Shown in pieces: positions 58,773 through 64,000 of a stretch of DNA of 64,000 nt. The notes beneath the pieces are model-generated. The model did no database searches, was not told the DNA's origin, and worked only from the letters and a program-made list of their open reading frames with translations. The stretch lies in assembly GCA_965247955.1 (NCBI GenBank), contig OZ252042.1, positions 1,584,323 through 1,648,322 of the forward strand, given 5' to 3'. Within the stretch, counting starts at the first letter, position 1; each line of letters opens with the position of its first letter. A program made the position numbers and the translations under genes. The DNA comes from Vicinamibacterales bacterium (GTDB lineage: Bacteria > Acidobacteriota > Vicinamibacteria > Vicinamibacterales > UBA8438).

Positions 58773-59611
58773 TACAACTCTGCCTGGTTGGTCACGAAAT
58801 AGTAGGCGTGGCCTGCATCGGGTACTGGTTGAAAGCCACTGACCCGATAGCCGTGAGCGAGATACCACTGAAACGCGTGCCTAGTCATAAGCTGCCAGAG
58901 CCGTGCGTCGTCGAGGGCCGTCACCTTGACCTGGTCGATATCCAATGGCACCACGATCCGAACCCAGTCTGTTGTGGGTAGTGAGGGGCTTTGCACGTGG
59001 GGTGATTCACCGGTAATCGCATCAGAGTTTACGACTGGTGCTTCGAGTGCCGCCGGTGGGAGGGACTGGGACTTTCCCGTCAGAGCTCGTTCGACGTGCG
59101 AAGCCGTTAGTCGCCACTCGACGATGAAGCGGTCGGTGTCGAGGCCTCTGTGCAGCGTACCGCCGGTGTTGCCATACATATTAACAAGGTACTCGACCGG
59201 AACCGCGCCAAGACCGTTCAGGTTTAGATTTGCGTTTCGGCTGACTAATGGGTCATAGGTCCAGTAGGCCACTTGGATATCCTGTTTGAGCAAGAGCTCC
59301 CGCTGAAATAGCTTAATGCGCTTGCCAAGACCGAGACCGCGGACCTCCGACCTGACAGCCAGCATGTCCGACCAGTGCACCAGCTCGCCATCGCGCACGC
59401 CGCTCATGCCAAAAACAAAACCTAAAAGCCGGCCGTTCGCATCGAAGGCCCCAGCCGTGACACCGCCCACGCGCTGCGCCACCATCAGGATCGTCGCGGG
59501 TACGATGTCGAGAAAGTTCTGACCCCAGGTCTCTCGCTGGAGACGCACACATGCCTTGTATTCGTCTGGTGTTTCGAGTTTTCGCAGAGTGAGGTCGGAA
59601 AGAGTAACCAT
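58772..59611 (-). CDS. GNAT-superfamily acyltransferase-like protein (two-domain)
   Basis: It has VRSEVRGLGLGKRIKLF (R-x-x-G-x-G motif). Its stop overlaps the racemase start (TAATG). Confidence 0.6.
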   Translation of the reverse strand: MVTLSDLTLRKLETPDEYKACVRLQRETWGQNFLDIVPATILMVAQRVGGVTAGAFDANGRLLGFVFGMSGVRDGELVHWSDMLAVRSEVRGLGLGKRIKLFQRELLLKQDIQVAYWTYDPLVSRNANLNLNGLGAVPVEYLVNMYGNTGGTLHRGLDTDRFIVEWRLTASHVERALTGKSQSLPPAALEAPVVNSDAITGESPHVQSPSLPTTDWVRIVVPLDIDQVKVTALDDARLWQLMTRHAFQWYLAHGYRVSGFQPVPDAGHAYYFVTNQAEL

Positions 59612-59803
59612 GGTGCTAAGGGCGCCTAGAATTCCATTGTCTTCAAGCTCGCTGGGTATTGCTCTTCGAAAGTTGTCACCACGTCGCTGTCTCTGATCGC
59701 GCCTGATCTATTGGACCAACACTGGCTTGCACATCGTTGAAATGACAGATCTGGCTAGGTCTAGCTTTAGTAGACGAGCGGTCGGGCCATCAGAAACGCC
59801 AAA

Positions 59804-59831
59804 GGCCAGGTTCCCAAGGGGTAGCCAGGCC
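59804..59831 (-). terminator. hairpin downstream of the 86-aa ORF
   Basis: GGCCAGG and CCAGGCC arms pair at 6 of 7 positions. On the minus strand they are followed by TTTGGCGTTTC. Confidence 0.35.
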
Positions 59832-59886
59832 TTTTCCTTAGTCTCGGTGCGGCTGAAACTGTACGCTGCCAGGTTTCTGCGAAATG

Positions 59887-60147
59887 CTATTTCTTGTCTT
59901 GGGCTTCCAGTTCAGCAGCTTCCTTGGCCTTTTGCTCTTCCTCGAAGAACTCCTTCTGCCAAGCGGGAGGATCCTGTGGACCAGCGACGAAATTAGCGAT
60001 GTCTGGGTCGTGATCGGTTGGCCGCGGCGGAGCCTCAGCGCGCCGAGCTTTAGTCTCGGCTCGCTTTGCCACCTTTATCTTTGCCCGCGTGTGGCGATCC
60101 CGTTCGCGTTGACGTTTCGTCTGTGTTGGACGGCCCCGATTTGCCAA
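59887..60147 (-). CDS. small highly charged (Lys/Arg/Glu-rich) protein, function unknown
   Basis: 86 aa with a basic N-terminal half and an acidic C-terminal half. I recognised no family. Confidence 0.4.
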   Translation of the reverse strand: MANRGRPTQTKRQRERDRHTRAKIKVAKRAETKARRAEAPPRPTDHDPDIANFVAGPQDPPAWQKEFFEEEQKAKEAAELEAQDKK

Positions 60148-60212
60148 GGTCCCTCCTTGCTGCTGTGGGGTCTGGCGCGCACCAGCGAAAAACCTGCTTA
60201 ATATTACCTAGG

Positions 60213-60245
60213 CCCAGAGTTCAGAGTCCAGAGCCCAAGGCTTGG
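60213..60245. repeat. copy b of short interspersed repeat
   Basis: CCCAGAGTTCAGAGTCCAGAGCCCAAGGCTTGG is about 20/27 identical to copy c. It ends in the palindrome CCAAGGCTTGG. Confidence 0.5.
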
Positions 60246-60454
60246 ATCCTACAGCTTTATTTCTTCCGCGAGCCTGTCAAGAAACATGACCGTGCTGCCG
60301 CTCCACTCGTTAGCCGAAACAATCGAATCGGCCGGACAAGTTATGATTCGGTACTCATTAGCATAGTTAGGAAGACCGAAAAGATGGTGGGCGACAGGAG
60401 ACAGCATGTCATGGACGAGCTTTTTCCAGAATGTCCAGGCCTTGGACGGTAGTT

Positions 60455-60485
60455 AATAGAATAAAGGGTCCGGAGTCCTCGGCCC
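60455..60485 (-). terminator. intrinsic terminator after the RRM gene
   Basis: On the minus strand, GGGCCG-AGGACTC-CGG(A)CCC is followed by TTTATTCTATT. Confidence 0.5.
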
Positions 60486-60507
60486 AGGAACTTCCAATGC
60501 CGCGCTG

Positions 60508-60816
60508 TTACCAGCGTGGCTCGCGAGGCCCGCCGTCGAAATCACCCGGGCCGGGGCCTGGCCGTGGAGCGCGCGGCCGCGCCTCGTTCACCGTTAGCTG
60601 GCGACCTTGAAACTCCGTCTGATCGAGCTCGCTAATTGCTTTCTGTGCGTCTTCGTCACTTCCCATCTCGACAAACGCAAAACCGCGGGGGCGTCCCGTG
60701 GCCCGGTCGGTCACGACGTGAATCGACGCGACTGTGCCCACTGCCGAGAATAGCTCCTGGAGCTCGGTCTCTCCGGCCGCGAACGGTATATTGCCAACGT
60801 AGAGCCTGTTACCCAT
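60508..60816 (-). CDS. RRM-type RNA-binding protein
   Basis: It has RNP2 LYVGNI and RNP1 RGFAFVEM, with a Pro/Gly/Arg-rich tail. Confidence 0.9.
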   Translation of the reverse strand: MGNRLYVGNIPFAAGETELQELFSAVGTVASIHVVTDRATGRPRGFAFVEMGSDEDAQKAISELDQTEFQGRQLTVNEARPRAPRPGPGPGDFDGGPREPRW

Positions 60817-61358
60817 TCAATGCACCCCTTGTTTAATCCGGTCTCGTCCGACGAAATGTATTACTGCCAAGCGGCCTGGGACCCACCTGGAACGCGGCCG
60901 ACACTAGCCTGAGCGACGATCACTCTCTTCGCTGCGGAATCACGTGGGAGGCTGTGCTTACGGGCTTGTTAGCTCTCGACGTGGCTGAAGCAAGCGGGCT
61001 AGAACCTCGATTCGCGTCAGCATTACATAGGTTGGGCGAGATTGTAAAGAAAACACCGGCCAAGGACTCTAGCCGTCCGATGTCTCCCGTTGGGTGGTAA
61101 CCCTTTCCATCAATTGCCCGAAGCGGGGATTGGTTCGGTTCTTTTCGAGCAGTTAATCCCAGGCGTACTTTTAAGGAGCGGAGAGCTGATGAAACTGCGA
61201 CTTACCATATGGCGTAGCTAATCGAACGCCTTGGTCGTCTAGTCGAAAAGCGCGTAACTCTGCGACGCCATCCATGGATACTGAGGAATCAGCGTGCGAT
61301 ACTTGATCGTAGCCCCTTGTTTTCTAGGTATGATTTGAAACAGAGGGAGGGCATCGGA

Positions 61359-61853
61359 ATGCGAGCGACGGTCGCAAGTATTTCATTGGTGGTCGCCTTA
61401 AGTGCCGGATGCAGCCATATACCGAAAGAGCCACCGTTCGAACCGGTCGCTGACATCAACCAGCTCATGACGATGATGATTGACCCAGCCGCGGACGCCG
61501 TTTGGGAGTCGGTCGGCATGATCCTAGACGAAAACGGTATCAACGAATGGTACCCAAAAACCGACGAGGAGTGGGCCGTTGTTATGAACGGAGCAATCAC
61601 GATCACCGAGAGTGGCAATCTCCTGATGATTGGCAACCGCGCTCGAGATCAGAGCACATGGATACGCATGGCGCAGGGGATGGTTGAGGCGGGCCAAGCG
61701 GCTCTCGCTGTCGCCGAATCGAGGGATCACGAGGCGCTTTACGAGGTCAGCGAACAGGTCTATAGCGCCTGCGAGAGTTGCCACAATCTGTACTGGATCG
61801 GTGACAAGGACCGCGGGCGTATTCGGGACGAGAATCCCCAACCGCCGAACTAA
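61359..61853 (+). CDS. lipoprotein with single C-terminal CxxCH (class II, cytochrome c'-like four-helix haem protein)
   Basis: It has the lipobox LSAGCS, CESCH near the C-terminus and a helical pattern. GGAGG lies 8 nt before ATG 61359. Confidence 0.6.
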   Translation: MRATVASISLVVALSAGCSHIPKEPPFEPVADINQLMTMMIDPAADAVWESVGMILDENGINEWYPKTDEEWAVVMNGAITITESGNLLMIGNRARDQSTWIRMAQGMVEAGQAALAVAESRDHEALYEVSEQVYSACESCHNLYWIGDKDRGRIRDENPQPPN

Positions 61854-62060
61854 ATCTCTTGCCTTACGGTGTCTGCAGAACGCGGTAGTCGTGGGATGCG
61901 ATCGGCCAGTACGCTTCTCATGTGGGTGATGATGCTATATGTAGAATGCTTGACACGCGATGTGATAGTTGGTGCGTTGATTGCCTCTGTCGTCAGAACC
62001 CCAACACTAATCCCTGCTCAATCCGCCGATGTCATCTTCTCGACTTGGACAACCTGCAGG

Positions 62061-62420
62061 TTACTGGTTGGCGAAGTCCCGAAGGAAATTGATGGTGTTC
62101 CAGATGTCGTCGTCGGTGATCTTTCCATCCCACGAGTCCATAAAGTAATCAGGTGGAATTCCTTCCTTGATAACCTTGAAAATCTCGGCGTCGCTGCTAC
62201 CGTAGTCCCACTTATCATCGACGAGGTTGGCCGGGTTTGAACCGGGCACTGCGGCCGTCCCGCGACCATCGGCGTTCCGCCCATGGCACGAACGGCAAAA
62301 GCGTCCGTAGGTTGCTCTGCCTGACTTAACCGAATCCTCGGACATCGGGACGGGGTTCTCTTGGAGCGTAAAGCCCATCGACGCTATCAGGGCACACAGG
62401 ATCGAGATGTAACGCAGCAT
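62061..62420 (-). CDS. class I c-type cytochrome (monohaem)
   Basis: It has a signal peptide, CRSCHG haem site and a distal Met region (DYFMDSW). AGGAGG lies 9 nt before ATG 62420. Confidence 0.8.
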   Translation of the reverse strand: MLRYISILCALIASMGFTLQENPVPMSEDSVKSGRATYGRFCRSCHGRNADGRGTAAVPGSNPANLVDDKWDYGSSDAEIFKVIKEGIPPDYFMDSWDGKITDDDIWNTINFLRDFANQ

Positions 62421-62613
62421 ACTCACCGGCCTCCTCTTTCTGTTAAGAGTACCCAGTATATCCCCATGCGGTAGGCACACTAACAAGCAAGTCTTGTGTT
62501 TATCATATCTTGACCCTGTTTAAAACTGTGGAGTACACTGCGCCTTCCCTGAACAAGGCTCGGGAGTCGAAAGCTCCGCGGTCAGAGTATTCACTTATGC
62601 ACGGAGGAGTGCG

Positions 62614-63123
62614 ATGCGAGTGCTGGGTGTAGTTCTAGGAATGGTTCTCGCTGTTGGAGTCGCTGTTGCACAGGCGCCATCGACCGAACCGTTTGGAGAC
62701 CTTGCCGAGGTAATGCGCGGCATCCTCTTTCCTAATTCAAATTTGATATTCGACGCACAAACCCGGGATCCAGGCGCCCCTCGTGACCTCTCAGTTGGCG
62801 ACACGGTCACCGTAACATTCTCAAACATCTACAGCGGTTGGGAAATCGTTGAAAACGCTGCCGTGGCGCTGGTAGAAGCCGCCAACCTCATAATGCTTCC
62901 CGGCCGGCTGTGTGAGAATGGCCGGCCGGTTCCAGTGGAGCAAGTCGAATGGAGTAAATACGTCCAGGGACTCAAAGTTGCAGGAGAAATCACCTACAAG
63001 GCGGCCCGCGCTCAGGATCAGGACGCCGTCATCGAGGCCACTAATGACGTTGTTGGGTCGTGCGAGAACTGCCACATCGTCTATCGCGATAAGCCTGGAG
63101 ACGCACCGCGGTGTGTTCCATAG
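62614..63123 (+). CDS. secreted protein with single C-terminal CxxCH (class II, cytochrome c'-like)
   Basis: It has a signal peptide ending VAQA and CENCH near the C-terminus. Its architecture matches 61359-61853. Confidence 0.6.
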   Translation: MRVLGVVLGMVLAVGVAVAQAPSTEPFGDLAEVMRGILFPNSNLIFDAQTRDPGAPRDLSVGDTVTVTFSNIYSGWEIVENAAVALVEAANLIMLPGRLCENGRPVPVEQVEWSKYVQGLKVAGEITYKAARAQDQDAVIEATNDVVGSCENCHIVYRDKPGDAPRCVP

Positions 63124-63135
63124 GAACTCCCACTC

Positions 63136-63663
63136 ATGTCACTCAGGAGTTTATTCGAGTGGGTTAACGTCCTTCCGAGTAGCATCGCCCTTCGTGAATC
63201 GCTCAACGCATACCCCGTCATATTGACGGCGCACGTCGTGAGTATGTGCTTATTCGCGGGGTTGATCATCTTTTGGGACATGCGCCTTGTTGGCCTGGCG
63301 CTGAAGCCTGTTCCAGTCTCAAATATCCCGACCCGAATCTTTCCATGGGCGATGGTTGGATTTACCATCAGCGCCGTTACAGGGTTCTTATTGTTCTATA
63401 GCCAACCGATGCGGTACTACGGCAACTTCTATTTTTGGGTGAAGAACCTGATGATGATTCTGGCGGGTGTAAACGCGCTTGTCTTTCATCTGACCACCTA
63501 CCATTCGGTGGCCACGTGGGATCGCACGGCGATAACACCTGTCGCAGCTAGAGTAGCCGGCATTGTGTCGCTGGTGCTCTGGGTCGGCATCGTGGTGACC
63601 GGGCGAATGATCGCCTACAGTGGACTGGTGCCGGCCTGGTGGGTTGGCTTGAACCTCGAATAG
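63136..63663 (+). CDS. integral membrane protein, paralogue 1 (family unknown)
   Basis: 175 aa with 4-5 TM helices. It shares the motif AH-x10-G-x5-D-x-RL-x-G with the next gene. Confidence 0.65.
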   Translation: MSLRSLFEWVNVLPSSIALRESLNAYPVILTAHVVSMCLFAGLIIFWDMRLVGLALKPVPVSNIPTRIFPWAMVGFTISAVTGFLLFYSQPMRYYGNFYFWVKNLMMILAGVNALVFHLTTYHSVATWDRTAITPVAARVAGIVSLVLWVGIVVTGRMIAYSGLVPAWWVGLNLE

Positions 63664-63674
63664 GAGCCGAGCCA

Positions 63675-64000
63675 ATGTCCTTGTTGCCATTCTTCGAGTG
63701 GATGCAAAGCCTTGCAGTTAGCGAATTCTTTCTCGAGACAACTTGGTCGACTCCCATCATCCAGTGTGCGCACCTGATCGCGTTGACGGTATTTTCAGGC
63801 GCCATTTTGGTAGTCGATGTGCGTCTTCTGGGGCAGGGGTTGACCCGAACGCCAGTCGCGCAGTTATCACGGGACGCGGAGCCGTGGTTGATTTGGAGTT
63901 TCGTTTTATTGGTCGTCACTGGTATGCCTCAGCTTGCGTCGACCGCACTAAAGCAGTATTACAGCCCATTTTTCTGGGGTAAGGCGGAGCTTCTTCTTCT
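63675..64000 (+). CDS. integral membrane protein, paralogue 2 (partial, runs off the right edge)
   Basis: It is not in the ORF track because there is no stop in the window. My translation from ATG 63675 reads MSLLPFFEWMQSLAVSEFFLETTWSTPIIQCAHLIALTVFSGAILVVDVRLLGQGL.. and stays open to base 64000. AGGAG lies 8 nt upstream. Confidence 0.6.
   Translation, partial: MSLLPFFEWMQSLAVSEFFLETTWSTPIIQCAHLIALTVFSGAILVVDVRLLGQGLTRTPVAQLSRDAEPWLIWSFVLLVVTGMPQLASTALKQYYSPFFWGKAELLL

Noticed and set aside
61869-62240. 123-aa plus-strand ORF.
   Set aside because: It is antisense to the well-supported class I cytochrome c gene, which has a CxxCH site, a signal peptide and a strong SD. It has no motifs.

Overview
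The window is a roughly 58-60% GC chromosomal segment from a Gram-negative bacterium. Outer-membrane beta-barrel genes and lipoprotein and TAT signals support the Gram-negative call. An Acidobacteriota- or Gemmatimonadota-like environmental lineage is only a guess. I support about 62 protein-coding genes, mostly housekeeping. They include an aminotransferase, clpS-clpA-grpE, the UPF0182 membrane protein, a Cu(I) P-type ATPase and an aa3-type cytochrome c oxidase operon. They also include a complete sufBCDSU plus DUF59 operon, thrB, several secreted peptidases (S9, M28, M48), class I fumarase, a DHA2 MFS pump, an enolase-superfamily racemase with a GNAT partner, and a c-type cytochrome cluster at the right edge. 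I found no rRNA, tRNA, CRISPR array or recognisable defence system. The best-supported unusual feature is a 2,975-bp IS1-family element at 41577-44551. It has 17-bp terminal inverted repeats and a perfect 8-bp target-site duplication, and it carries a Fic gene plus three uncharacterised small ORFs as cargo. Other items worth a second look:
- A two-domain glutaredoxin-like oxidoreductase whose second CxxC motif reads TGA-x-x-Cys. This is either a selenoprotein or a decaying gene, and a 1-nt frame change lies 15 nt downstream.
- A second in-frame TGA splitting a small secreted protein gene.
- A 146-nt extended palindrome plus a second structured module in the leader of the MFS gene.
- A short interspersed repeat family (core CAGAGTTCAG.GTCCAGAG) in at least five intergenic sites.
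- A cox operon with non-canonical gene order and two extra small membrane ORFs.
- A cluster of haem c proteins with two paralogous membrane proteins.
- A clustered CGCGAAC motif in a 375-bp AT-rich spacer.

I did not find a convincing multi-gene system that I could call novel with confidence. The cargo of the IS element and the haem/membrane cluster are the closest candidates. All family calls come from reading motifs in the supplied translations, with no database search. Start codons are often uncertain by a few codons.
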